From IMG/VR virus record IMGVR_UViG_3300002835_000031: DNA of 64,000 bases; one strand, written 5' to 3'. The notes beneath the pieces were generated by a model. The model saw only the letters and a program-made list of their open reading frames with translations. It searched no databases and was not told the DNA's origin. Shown here in pieces: positions 56,769 through 64,000 of the stretch. Positions within the stretch are counted from its first letter, which is position 1. Each line of letters opens with the position of its first letter. The translations under genes and the position numbers were made by a program. The DNA is from an uncultured virus (IMG/VR IMGVR_UViG_3300002835_000031) (lineage: Duplodnaviria > Heunggongvirae > Uroviricota > Caudoviricetes).

Positions 56769-57039
56769 ATCGAATAGCACGCCATGCGCCTTTATCCATA
56801 TCCCATACTGGAAGTACTTCTGTGTTTTCTTTTCGTTTAATTTCTTTTTCTTCAGTTACAGGCAAATATCCTGCGCCGAGAGTGCAACGCATATCGCGAA
56901 TTGTATTGTCTTTTTTGGTAAATTTAATTTTCATCTCACCCATTGCAAGATGACTCTTAATCCAACTTTTAAATATATCGCGCTCTTGGTCTGAAGCAGT
57001 CGCATACCATGCGCCTGTATACTTTTCGGTATCTGTCAT
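56734..57039 (-). CDS. SH3/Sm-like (WYL_2-type) small protein
   Basis: IKFTKKDNTIRDMRCTL...VWDMDKGAWRAIR; start taken at MTDTE after AAAGGA. Confidence 0.75.
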   Translation of the reverse strand: MTDTEKYTGAWYATASDQERDIFKSWIKSHLAMGEMKIKFTKKDNTIRDMRCTLGAGYLPVTEEKEIKRKENTEVLPVWDMDKGAWRAIRYETIKEIRFDI

Positions 57040-57059
57040 ATTTTTCCTTTTCATGCTAT

Positions 57060-57088
57060 ATTATAACATCTTTTAGTAACCCTGTCAA
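57060..57088 (-). promoter_or_regulatory. early sigma70 promoter
   Basis: TTGACA-N17-TATAAT with extended -10 TG. Confidence 0.9.
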
Positions 57089-57099
57089 CCGTAAGGGTA

Positions 57100-57375
57100 T
57101 TATGCTGTAGAAACATATCGATATTGATTAATAACATTAATTTCATCTGCAATCGTTTTATCTTTGATTCTACCAAATTCTTGTTCCATATAATATCTGG
57201 CCATTTTTTGAGTACATTGATCCATTAAACTAGATGTTTCTCCTTCTAGCCAAAAACGAACAGGGGATTTTCCCCACGTATTATGTTTTAATGCTGTATG
57301 GAAAATTTCACGGTGTGTTTTATCGGTTGGATTAAATGTTACCCATGGACGCGAATATTGCTCAACTTTACTCAT
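57100..57375 (-). CDS. hypothetical protein
   Basis: 91 aa with AAGGAG RBS. Confidence 0.75.
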   Translation of the reverse strand: MSKVEQYSRPWVTFNPTDKTHREIFHTALKHNTWGKSPVRFWLEGETSSLMDQCTQKMARYYMEQEFGRIKDKTIADEINVINQYRYVSTA

Positions 57376-57387
57376 AATATAAACTCC

Positions 57388-58218
57388 TTAAACTTCAAAA
57401 ATAATATTGGGATCAAAATCATCAGCTCTTTGCTCATAATTAACATATCCCCTCGGATTACAAACTACTCTAGTACTACCCACAAGATAATCGAAAGTAT
57501 CATGCGTGTGTCCGTGTGTCCACATTTTAATTTGCGGATGATCTAAAATGAATTCTGATAGATCAGATGAATATGCACCATTCATAAGATAATCATCTTG
57601 ATATCTTGGTTTTGTAGATAACTTGCTTGGTGCATGATGACCAACAACTACAAACTTTTGATCGTATTTGCCTTCAATGATAATACGAATATATTCCAAC
57701 ATTGATTTATGGTCAATAACTACATCGTCAGGTTTTAATCTGTTAATACGATAATATGGTTTATTGGAATTATTATCTAATTTACCATTAGAGACTTTTA
57801 TAAAGTCGTTCATCATACCACTAATACTAATCATAGATGAAGCATCTTCCTTATTCATATCAGTCCATAATGTTCCGCCGATGAATGTTACATCATCAAT
57901 AGTAACAATCTCTTTATCGAGAATATGCAGATTATCTAAATACTCGAAGGATCTTTTTAGGTGAGGTATTGTTTGTTGAAAGTCGCCATTATAATGTTCA
58001 TGATTACCAACAATATAAATTACATTTTTATATTCTTTAGAACACATTTCAAAGAAATCGTGAATCTTTCTAGACTTGTTATCTAAATCATCTTTATGCA
58101 TTACATCAATCGCAACGCAAATATCACCAGACAGAATAAGGACATCTGCCCTCTCTGTATTTTTAATTTCAATTGGTCCGAATTCTAAATGAATATCAGA
58201 CGCTATATTAATCCTCAT
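57388..58218 (-). CDS. calcineurin-like metallophosphoesterase
   Basis: SDIHLE, LSGDI, GNHEHY, VGHHAP, HGHTH and NPRGY motifs. Confidence 0.92.
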   Translation of the reverse strand: MRINIASDIHLEFGPIEIKNTERADVLILSGDICVAIDVMHKDDLDNKSRKIHDFFEMCSKEYKNVIYIVGNHEHYNGDFQQTIPHLKRSFEYLDNLHILDKEIVTIDDVTFIGGTLWTDMNKEDASSMISISGMMNDFIKVSNGKLDNNSNKPYYRINRLKPDDVVIDHKSMLEYIRIIIEGKYDQKFVVVGHHAPSKLSTKPRYQDDYLMNGAYSSDLSEFILDHPQIKMWTHGHTHDTFDYLVGSTRVVCNPRGYVNYEQRADDFDPNIIFEV

Positions 58219-58675
58219 CTCCCGCACCTTTAATTTTTTCTGCAACAATTCTATGTTCTACATCTTTACCAAATGACATATTTTCATGGTACAACTTAAT
58301 CAGTCCTTTTCGATAAAGGTTCTCCATTGTAACCATTATCATAAATTGATTAATTTTTCGTGTTAGGTCATCGTCATCTTCAGAGATTAAACCTTCTGCA
58401 CGAGAAAGCATTTCTGTCATAAGAACAAAGTCTGCCATTCGCTCGTCGGTTACTTCATCGTCTTCGTCAAACCCCATATGTTGTTCAACGATATCACTAA
58501 GAATTGCTAAATCACTTTTGGAAATATTCATTAGAAAATCCCCAACCGTCATATATGGATTAGCTTTCAAATCTGCAGCAAGAATACGTGTCATAGATAA
58601 ACATTCTTTGCTGGCAATCACATTGTCGTAATTAATATCAAAGTCTGTATATTGCTCGTCGTCTTCTTCCATCAT
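58208..58675 (-). CDS. acidic hypothetical protein
   Basis: 155-aa ORF within the operon. Confidence 0.75.
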   Translation of the reverse strand: MMEEDDEQYTDFDINYDNVIASKECLSMTRILAADLKANPYMTVGDFLMNISKSDLAILSDIVEQHMGFDEDDEVTDERMADFVLMTEMLSRAEGLISEDDDDLTRKINQFMIMVTMENLYRKGLIKLYHENMSFGKDVEHRIVAEKIKGAGDED

Positions 58676-58851
58676 TTTTTACTTTCTTTCTCAAGTTGTT
58701 CGATTGCTTTTTCCAATTTAGGAATTAGGTGGTTATAGTTATCCGGACTTAGTAGTCTGGACACCCATTTCTTACGTACTAAAATTCTATCTTTAGTAAG
58801 TGCGAAATAGATTTCTTCTAACAATTCTTTTATAGATTGTTTATCTTCCAT
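58672..58851 (-). CDS. hypothetical protein (not in ORF track)
   Basis: MEDKQSIKELLEEIYFALTKDR...EKESKK*, 59 aa; ATGA overlap with the next gene; preceded by an extended -10 TGTTATAAT. Confidence 0.6.
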   Translation of the reverse strand: MEDKQSIKELLEEIYFALTKDRILVRKKWVSRLLSPDNYNHLIPKLEKAIEQLEKESKK

Positions 58852-58875
58852 GTTACTATTATAACATCTTTTTCG

Positions 58876-59085
58876 TCAATTTGTGCCGAGATTATCCAAT
58901 TTTTTTGGTTTATTTTCGGCAATCCACTCATCTTCACCGGTAAATGTGGAAGATTTGGATAACCAATATTGACATTCCCATAAAGTCTGCAAGATTTGTT
59001 GTTTGTAATGGAAAGCAGTGTATCCATCATTATACGGAGAAATCATTTCGTGACCGTATTTTTCAATATCATAGATTGTACTCAT
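58876..59085 (-). CDS. hypothetical protein
   Basis: 69 aa; ATGA overlap with the upstream gene. Confidence 0.65.
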   Translation of the reverse strand: MSTIYDIEKYGHEMISPYNDGYTAFHYKQQILQTLWECQYWLSKSSTFTGEDEWIAENKPKKLDNLGTN

Positions 59086-59333
59086 TGTTCAATTTCCTTA
59101 TCATGTTGATATAACTTTTGCTCTTGAAATGTTAGCTCACCAAATGTTTTTCTGGGGTTTGCACACATTACGCAATTTGGATTTCCGCATGCCATAGCAT
59201 GATGCTTATTAAATTTATGCGGTTCTTTAACAGGGATCCCAAACGTCTTTGCAATTACTTCTTGCTTATGTATTTTGGTCTCTTTTTGGTAAATTCTTTT
59301 AGAATGCTTAAAACGATCTTCTTCTTTTGACAT
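59082..59333 (-). CDS. hypothetical protein with His/Cys cluster
   Basis: HHAMACGNPNCVMCANPRK; GGAG RBS. Confidence 0.75.
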   Translation of the reverse strand: MSKEEDRFKHSKRIYQKETKIHKQEVIAKTFGIPVKEPHKFNKHHAMACGNPNCVMCANPRKTFGELTFQEQKLYQHDKEIEQ

Positions 59334-59361
59334 ATTGAATCTCCATAGTATGTGTTATATA

Positions 59362-59673
59362 TTAATCTCCCAATGAGGCATCGTAGTCCGGGTCTGGAGG
59401 TGCATCCTTAATGACAAATAGGGGCATGTCATCAATCCACACATCTATATGTATTCCCAGTTTATAGCATGCTTCTTTTTTGGCCTTGCGAGCAGTAAAG
59501 ATAATACCATCAACCATGGGTCCCAATTGATTTCGTACTTCGTCACCCTCTGCATTGGATCGCATTGTGACACAATATACATTGTGCCCAGAGGCTTTGG
59601 CAAGTTTAATAAATCCGTTCCAAAGATACTTGTCTCTGGTATAAGTGTTATCGTAATCAAGTGAGATATTCAT
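59362..59673 (-). CDS. minimal HAD-superfamily protein
   Basis: ISLDYDNT (DxDxT), VTMR and WIDD motifs. Confidence 0.75.
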   Translation of the reverse strand: MNISLDYDNTYTRDKYLWNGFIKLAKASGHNVYCVTMRSNAEGDEVRNQLGPMVDGIIFTARKAKKEACYKLGIHIDVWIDDMPLFVIKDAPPDPDYDASLGD

Positions 59674-59837
59674 TAGTAGTTTACCGCAATATAGAATTTA
59701 AAAAACCAGATCGTAACCCAGTCACCGTCGTAATAGCTATGTTTAAAGCCAAAACGATATCTATCAGAATGGTTGTCAAATCCCCATTCCCATTTACCAT
59801 ATCGAATCGCATAATACATATGTCTAAAGATACTCAT
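59673..59837 (-). CDS. small aromatic-rich hypothetical protein (not in ORF track)
   Basis: MSIFRHMYYAIRYGKWEWGF...WFFKFYIAVNY*; AGGGG RBS; TAATG overlap with the next gene. Confidence 0.6.
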   Translation of the reverse strand: MSIFRHMYYAIRYGKWEWGFDNHSDRYRFGFKHSYYDGDWVTIWFFKFYIAVNY

Positions 59838-59878
59838 AAGTTCCCCTATTTCCCGGTTTCTTCAACGGCCGAAATCCG

Positions 59879-60055
59879 TCAATTTCTAGAAGTATCTAAA
59901 AGAATAACCGCACCCAAAATTAGCGCGATCCAAGCATTCGTAGTCATATCACCATGCCGAAGATACACAGCGGCCGCGGCAAGTAGATTGATCGTGCCCA
60001 CAAAATAACCAATAGGTTTTCTATAGAAATTAGCCCAAATTAAAAATTTATTCAT
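59879..60055 (-). CDS. small membrane protein
   Basis: MNKFLIWANF..., two hydrophobic segments; AGGA RBS. Confidence 0.6.
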   Translation of the reverse strand: MNKFLIWANFYRKPIGYFVGTINLLAAAAVYLRHGDMTTNAWIALILGAVILLDTSRN

Positions 60056-60069
60056 ATTTTTTCCTAAGT

Positions 60070-60282
60070 TTATTTTACTCCGTACTTTTGTCGAATCTTC
60101 AGGGCAACGATGTTCGCGGGATACATAGGTTCCAGGGACAGCATATCGTCGCACACATCGTCGATCAGCATTCCAGCGAACTTCTCGGGATCGATAAGGA
60201 GAACAGATTGCATCTGCCCGTCGACCAAGATAGTTTTATACGCTTTCGACAGTTCAGCGTATTGTTTAATTTTTTCATTCAT
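60070..60282 (-). CDS. hypothetical protein
   Basis: MNEKIKQYAE...EKFAGMLI...YGVK; GGAG RBS. Confidence 0.65.
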   Translation of the reverse strand: MNEKIKQYAELSKAYKTILVDGQMQSVLLIDPEKFAGMLIDDVCDDMLSLEPMYPANIVALKIRQKYGVK

Positions 60283-60374
60283 AATAAGTAACTCCAAAGT
60301 CTAATTATCCAGTATATAATCCAATATACAATAACAAGCAGTATCAGGCCCCAAAAGGTTAACACTGCTGTCAT
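60279..60374 (-). CDS. possible 31-aa membrane peptide
   Basis: MTAVLTFWGLILLVIVYWIIYWIIRLWSYLL*; ATGA overlap with the next gene. Confidence 0.4.
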   Translation of the reverse strand: MTAVLTFWGLILLVIVYWIIYWIIRLWSYLL

Positions 60375-60405
60375 AAACGCAGTTCCCAATAGTTTTATAA
60401 TAAGG

Positions 60406-60660
60406 TCAAATATCACGATTAACTTCGAAATGATCTAATAGTAATTGCTCGATATCTACAAAATCTCCACATCCATTATCTATAGCAACCTCGACACATT
60501 CTCTAACGATTAATTCACCGAATCGCTCAATAGCTTTACGATCATACTCATCAAGTTGATCCCAACAACCAGAGGCAGTTAGACCCGACCGATACATCAG
60601 GTCTTCAAATTTAGTATCCATATAATTTCCTGCGGTAGTAAATTTTAAATCGTTCATCAA
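60406..60660 (-). CDS. hypothetical protein
   Basis: ERFGELIVRECV motif; resembles 60070-60282. Confidence 0.65.
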   Translation of the reverse strand: MMNDLKFTTAGNYMDTKFEDLMYRSGLTASGCWDQLDEYDRKAIERFGELIVRECVEVAIDNGCGDFVDIEQLLLDHFEVNRDI

Positions 60661-60963
60661 TTACTCCAGTAGAGTACGTCCATCGATTTCCCAGTATCGC
60701 TCTACACCCTTACGGGCCCAATCGGAATCAATAAACTGACCAAGCGTTTTTTCCATATTGTTCTCCAAGTATACACGACCACCCCAGATACCTGTTTTAG
60801 TACCGACAGTATAGACTGCTCCAATAATCTTACCATCAGAGCTATCAAAGTATACCCATTGCCCGAATTCTTTCTCCATCCATTGTTTCTGTTGTTTACG
60901 ATTGTTGAGCATAAACTCAACCTCTCGTTTTACATCATCTTCGTTCATATCATCTCCATGCAT
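60661..60963 (-). CDS. hypothetical protein
   Basis: About 100-aa ORF within the operon. Confidence 0.65.
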   Translation of the reverse strand: MHGDDMNEDDVKREVEFMLNNRKQQKQWMEKEFGQWVYFDSSDGKIIGAVYTVGTKTGIWGGRVYLENNMEKTLGQFIDSDWARKGVERYWEIDGRTLLE

Positions 60964-61177
60964 TAACTAAACCTATTGCGCAAGTAACGATTGCTACAAT
61001 ATTTACCACCATCTGTGGATGGTTCTTTGCACGTATAGCCCATGTTAGAAACATAACGGTACCTAGTGTAAAAGCAACAATATTCCAGGGATAGGCATCA
61101 GGACCAATAGCATTGGCAACGTGTCCGATTATAATAGCAACTGCACCCAGCCATTGAATAATATCGTTAAATTTCAT
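60950..61177 (-). CDS. small 3-TM membrane protein
   Basis: MKFNDIIQWLGAV...YPWNIVAF; hydrophobic segments. Confidence 0.65.
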   Translation of the reverse strand: MKFNDIIQWLGAVAIIIGHVANAIGPDAYPWNIVAFTLGTVMFLTWAIRAKNHPQMVVNIVAIVTCAIGLVNAWR

Positions 61178-61178
61178 A

Positions 61179-61592
61179 TTAGTACTTTGTAGACCACTCA
61201 TCAGTATCAGTTACTTGTGAAGCAATAATTAAAAAAGTATTGAAATTTATATCCCAATGTTTGTATATCTTCTTAGCAACCATTACAGCTTGTATTCTTT
61301 GTGTAAGTTCAGTAACAGGCTCATCGACATCTACAGAGAAAGGAATCTCCCATATCTCAGCAATCTCATTCCGTAACGTATTAGCGTTATAGCGTTTTAC
61401 GGTTTCTTTGAGAATCTTTCTAGTGAAGTAGACTTTGTTGAGTTGGGGTGCTCTAAAAATTGGGTGACGTACGGCGGGCTTGACATCAGCATCTACTGTA
61501 GGCCAGCTAGCGGTCGGTGTTTGTCTGATAGAGGGTAAGGTGGGCATAGGACCAAATGCGGAGTTTAGAGGGGATTGAACGAATGTCTTCAT
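61179..61592 (-). CDS. hypothetical protein
   Basis: 137-aa ORF. Confidence 0.6.
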   Translation of the reverse strand: MKTFVQSPLNSAFGPMPTLPSIRQTPTASWPTVDADVKPAVRHPIFRAPQLNKVYFTRKILKETVKRYNANTLRNEIAEIWEIPFSVDVDEPVTELTQRIQAVMVAKKIYKHWDINFNTFLIIASQVTDTDEWSTKY

Positions 61593-61767
61593 AGCAGTGT
61601 TTTTTAGACGGAGTTTTTAGCAGGGGTTTTTGGGGCAAATTTTTTCTGGGAAATTTTTTTAGAGAGAGAATTTTGAGAATAGAGTAAACACGAATATAAG
61701 GTGGCGGTTGTTTAACCCCTGATCTAGCAAAGGGTACCCCTATCTATAATTTAGGGTACCCTTGTTC

Positions 61768-61953
61768 TCAGGCGCCGTAGTATTCGCCGTACGCTTCGGC
61801 TAGATCGTTCGCCATCTGTTCGGTCTCGATATCGTGAGCTAGAACCGCTACGGCCTCTTTGGGAAGACCTGTAATCTTAGCGATCGATTCGTTGCTAAGT
61901 CCCATTGCTACGCACTCTACGAGTTCTGCGTATAGATTCTTCATATTGCTCAT
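61768..61953 (-). CDS. small protein with HTH-like segment
   Basis: GLSNESIAKITGLPKEAV; ATGA overlap with the upstream gene. Confidence 0.6.
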   Translation of the reverse strand: MSNMKNLYAELVECVAMGLSNESIAKITGLPKEAVAVLAHDIETEQMANDLAEAYGEYYGA

Positions 61954-62252
61954 GCTGTTTCCCTTTGATCCATCATTTCAAATAACACAAATTTCGCGAT
62001 GTTTAACTGCTGGCGAATAAGTTCCTTTGTAGCCTTGCTGTTTATATCCGCAGCGTGCTGGTACGCAGTAAGTTCTTGCACATCTGACAGAATGCCAGCA
62101 ACCACCATCTCTAAGCCCGTCATGCGACCGATGGCCATGTACTCCACTTTGATCTGGTCTGTGGTCATACCGTACATTGCGATCTCACGCTTGTATTTTT
62201 CGTTGCTTGTAATCATCTCACCCATTGCTTTGTAATTGATAGTCATGTTCAA
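61950..62252 (-). CDS. hypothetical protein
   Basis: About 100-aa ORF; start TTG 62252 or ATG 62246. Confidence 0.7.
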   Translation of the reverse strand: MNMTINYKAMGEMITSNEKYKREIAMYGMTTDQIKVEYMAIGRMTGLEMVVAGILSDVQELTAYQHAADINSKATKELIRQQLNIAKFVLFEMMDQRETA

Positions 62253-62344
62253 ACCTTTGTCAAAATGTAGTAGAAAAACGGACCGAATGCAACTGCTACA
62301 AACAGCGCTGCTTGGGATACTTCTATCGCTAGCTCTTTAATCAT
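62249..62344 (-). CDS. 31-aa hydrophobic peptide (not in ORF track)
   Basis: MIKELAIEVSQAALFVAVAFGPFFYYILTKV*; AAAGGA RBS directly behind a promoter. Confidence 0.6.
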   Translation of the reverse strand: MIKELAIEVSQAALFVAVAFGPFFYYILTKV

Positions 62345-62368
62345 CTGTGTTCCTTTGTTCATGCCTCA

Positions 62369-62397
62369 ATTATAGCACGAAATGGCGATCCTGTCAA
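62369..62397 (-). promoter_or_regulatory. early sigma70 promoter
   Basis: TTGACA-N17-TATAAT with extended -10 TG. Confidence 0.9.
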
Positions 62398-62544
62398 GCA
62401 TTTTCTTAAAGACCATACGTAGGAATAGGGTATTTACCCCTACGGACGGCATCTTTTAGCATGTTTTTAGAAAAACGGCGTAAAAAAGCTAATGTTTTCA
62501 TAGACTTATAACGCCGTTTTCTCACTTCTTAGCGCCAGCAAACA

Positions 62545-62805
62545 TTAAAATACAGTGCCAGCATACTGTTCGTAGTCGTAAAATGCCACGAGTTTATTCT
62601 CTTTGAAGAATACTGTGAGACCACCCAAATCATCTCGAGAATCCCACTTGCCAGCAACGAGTACTTCAAAGCGATGCTCGAGTTCGCGCTCATAGTCCCA
62701 TTGTGCTCCAGACAAATGATCGTCAGTATCAATTTGATCAGACCAATCTACAGTGTATTCTGTAGTGTTGATCAGATTGGATTCAGCTTCAGTTAACATT
62801 CTCAT
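62545..62805 (-). CDS. acidic hypothetical protein
   Basis: 86 aa; AAAGG RBS; own promoter. Confidence 0.7.
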   Translation of the reverse strand: MRMLTEAESNLINTTEYTVDWSDQIDTDDHLSGAQWDYERELEHRFEVLVAGKWDSRDDLGGLTVFFKENKLVAFYDYEQYAGTVF

Positions 62806-62837
62806 AGTATAGACCTTTCTGTGTTGCTACATAGAGT

Positions 62838-62866
62838 ATTATAACACCGAATGGGATTCTTGTCAA
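62838..62866 (-). promoter_or_regulatory. early sigma70 promoter
   Basis: TTGACA-N17-TATAAT with extended -10 TG. Confidence 0.9.
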
Positions 62867-63078
62867 TAGCTTTTTGAGGGGAAACGGGCGGTTGGATCCG
62901 CTCTGAGCTTCATGCCAGAGTTTGATTTGCCTTTGGCTGAAACCGGTTTTGGGTTCTTACGGCCTTTGAGTTCTTGAACGCTACCGCCCTGAGCTAGGAA
63001 CCTTGCGACTGCATCTTCTTGCATCTCGCGGGCGACTTCTTTCGGTACTGGTGCTAGTTCTCTTAGATCTTTATTCAT
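62863..63078 (-). CDS. hypothetical protein
   Basis: AVARFLAQGGSVQEL motif; start taken at MNKDL (ATGA overlap). Confidence 0.65.
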   Translation of the reverse strand: MNKDLRELAPVPKEVAREMQEDAVARFLAQGGSVQELKGRKNPKPVSAKGKSNSGMKLRADPTARFPSKSY

Positions 63079-63251
63079 GTTACTTTGTTCCATGCTTTTT
63101 TACTTTCGATTGCGAATACTGCATAAGCCTCAATGGTCTTTGCTGTCTGTGCCATGGGATTTGCTTTGACAAAAGCCACGAAGTCGAAAAACTCCATTCC
63201 CAAGAAATCTGCATCTGATTCCAAATGCTTGATTGCTGTTTCTATTTTCAT
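63075..63251 (-). CDS. hypothetical protein (not in ORF track)
   Basis: MKIETAIKHLESDADFLGMEFF...AWNKVT*, 58 aa; AAGGA RBS. Confidence 0.7.
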   Translation of the reverse strand: MKIETAIKHLESDADFLGMEFFDFVAFVKANPMAQTAKTIEAYAVFAIESKKAWNKVT

Positions 63252-63377
63252 ACTAGGTCCTTATATAGATTAACCGTTGCCCCATCTAAGTGCCCTAGTG
63301 CTCTGGGGCTTTACCGCTGTTCCTCAAGCGGGCTTAAATGCTCTTTACTTCAACAACCTTTTTCTTACTATGTGTCT

Positions 63378-63406
63378 ATTATAGCACATTTTGGATAACT
63401 TGTCAA
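63378..63406 (-). promoter_or_regulatory. early sigma70 promoter
   Basis: TTGACA-N17-TATAAT with extended -10 TG. Confidence 0.9.
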
Positions 63407-63445
63407 GCAATACCCCAGATCTCTGAAGGGGTATTGATTTCTTAA

Positions 63446-63649
63446 TTAGACAAGATACTCAGCTTCTTTGGTGAATATAGATAATTGATAAACGACTTCG
63501 TCATAGGCGTCTGTAATATCCTCGTCTAGGTCATCCCAATTTTCTTTTATTGATTTTAGACCAGCAATTAAATCGGTTCCTAAACCTGATTCTTTTGTAT
63601 ATTTAGCAATGATATCAAATTCTGATAATGTACCGTATTGAATAGACAT
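63446..63649 (-). CDS. hypothetical protein
   Basis: 67 aa; AAGGA RBS. Confidence 0.7.
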   Translation of the reverse strand: MSIQYGTLSEFDIIAKYTKESGLGTDLIAGLKSIKENWDDLDEDITDAYDEVVYQLSIFTKEAEYLV

Positions 63650-63661
63650 AATGGTTCCTTA

Positions 63662-63850
63662 TTAAGAAAAATAATGAAGATGTGAGTAAGCTGTATTTTC
63701 AGCTGTTTCCAGAATTTCTAAGACTCCGAAAGCTAAAGGTCTTTCTGAAGCTTCAACATTTCCGATTGAGATTTGTTCGTCTAGAATCTGAAGCAGAAGA
63801 GCGATTTGTTGAGCATTTAGCTCGACTTTTACGGTAATTTCTTTTTGCAT
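63662..63850 (-). CDS. hypothetical protein
   Basis: MQKEITV...; AAAGGA RBS behind a promoter. Confidence 0.7.
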   Translation of the reverse strand: MQKEITVKVELNAQQIALLLQILDEQISIGNVEASERPLAFGVLEILETAENTAYSHLHYFS

Positions 63851-63874
63851 TTTGTTTTCCTTTTTCATGCTTCA

Positions 63875-63903
63875 ATTATAGCACATTTTGGACAACTTGT
63901 CAA
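63875..63903 (-). promoter_or_regulatory. early sigma70 promoter (leftward)
   Basis: TTGACA-N17-TATAAT; nearly identical to the 63378 promoter. Confidence 0.9.
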
Positions 63904-63941
63904 GCAATACAAAGTATCCAGGATGCTGAAAGGGTCTTTGC

Positions 63942-63970
63942 TTGACACCTCAATCAAAATGTGCTATAAT
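63942..63970 (+). promoter_or_regulatory. early sigma70 promoter (rightward, divergent)
   Basis: TTGACA-N17-TATAAT with extended -10 TG on the plus strand. Confidence 0.9.
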
Positions 63971-64000
63971 AAAAGCATTCGAACAGTAGGGGGTGGACGG

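Noticed and set aside
59661..60304. Plus-strand ORFs in the early region
   Set aside because: Minus-strand ORFs with RBSs and stop/start overlaps tile the same interval.
62369..63903. Repeated ~30-nt intergenic sequences as a mini-CRISPR array
   Set aside because: They are TTGACA-N17-TATAAT promoters separated by genes.
1..64000. Stop-codon reassignment, introns or inteins
   Set aside because: Core genes (gp17, 18, 20, ligase, rnh) are uninterrupted and of normal length in the standard code.

Overview
64 kb of an AT-rich, lytic T4-like myophage genome; no host chromosomal genes are evident. 1-36.4 kb (minus strand) is the virion morphogenesis module: gp23 (partial), 22, 21, 67, 20, 19, 18, 17, 16, 15, 14, 13, an S8 protease, fibre proteins, VrlC/DUF4815-type proteins, gp8, 7, 6, 25, 5, a hub protein, 53 and 48. 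36.5-41.1 kb (plus strand) carries gp4, 2, 54, 26, 51, a 3-TM holin-like gene and a possible tape-measure/hub gene. 41.2-55 kb is the T4 rnh-dsbA-33-59-32 block expanded with accessory genes: heme oxygenase plus PcyX-type bilin reductase, SleB hydrolase, tmRNA, exonuclease, GH19 endolysin, PhoH and ligase. 55-64 kb holds small early ORFs behind near-perfect sigma70 promoters. Top findings: (1) a circularly permuted two-piece tmRNA gene (tag ANDSQFRIAA) whose intervening segment encodes a CCxxGCxxCVW oxidoreductase-like motif inside an ORF spanning both tRNA-like halves; (2) a T-TTT-TTC slippery site that could fuse gp26 to gp51 by -1 frameshifting; (3) a late promoter embedded in a terminator upstream of the endolysin unit; (4) a modular prohead-core protein with repeated gp21-type cleavage motifs; (5) a recurring CCC-N12/13-GGG dyad beside early promoters. 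All family assignments come from motif recognition and synteny; no database searches were run.
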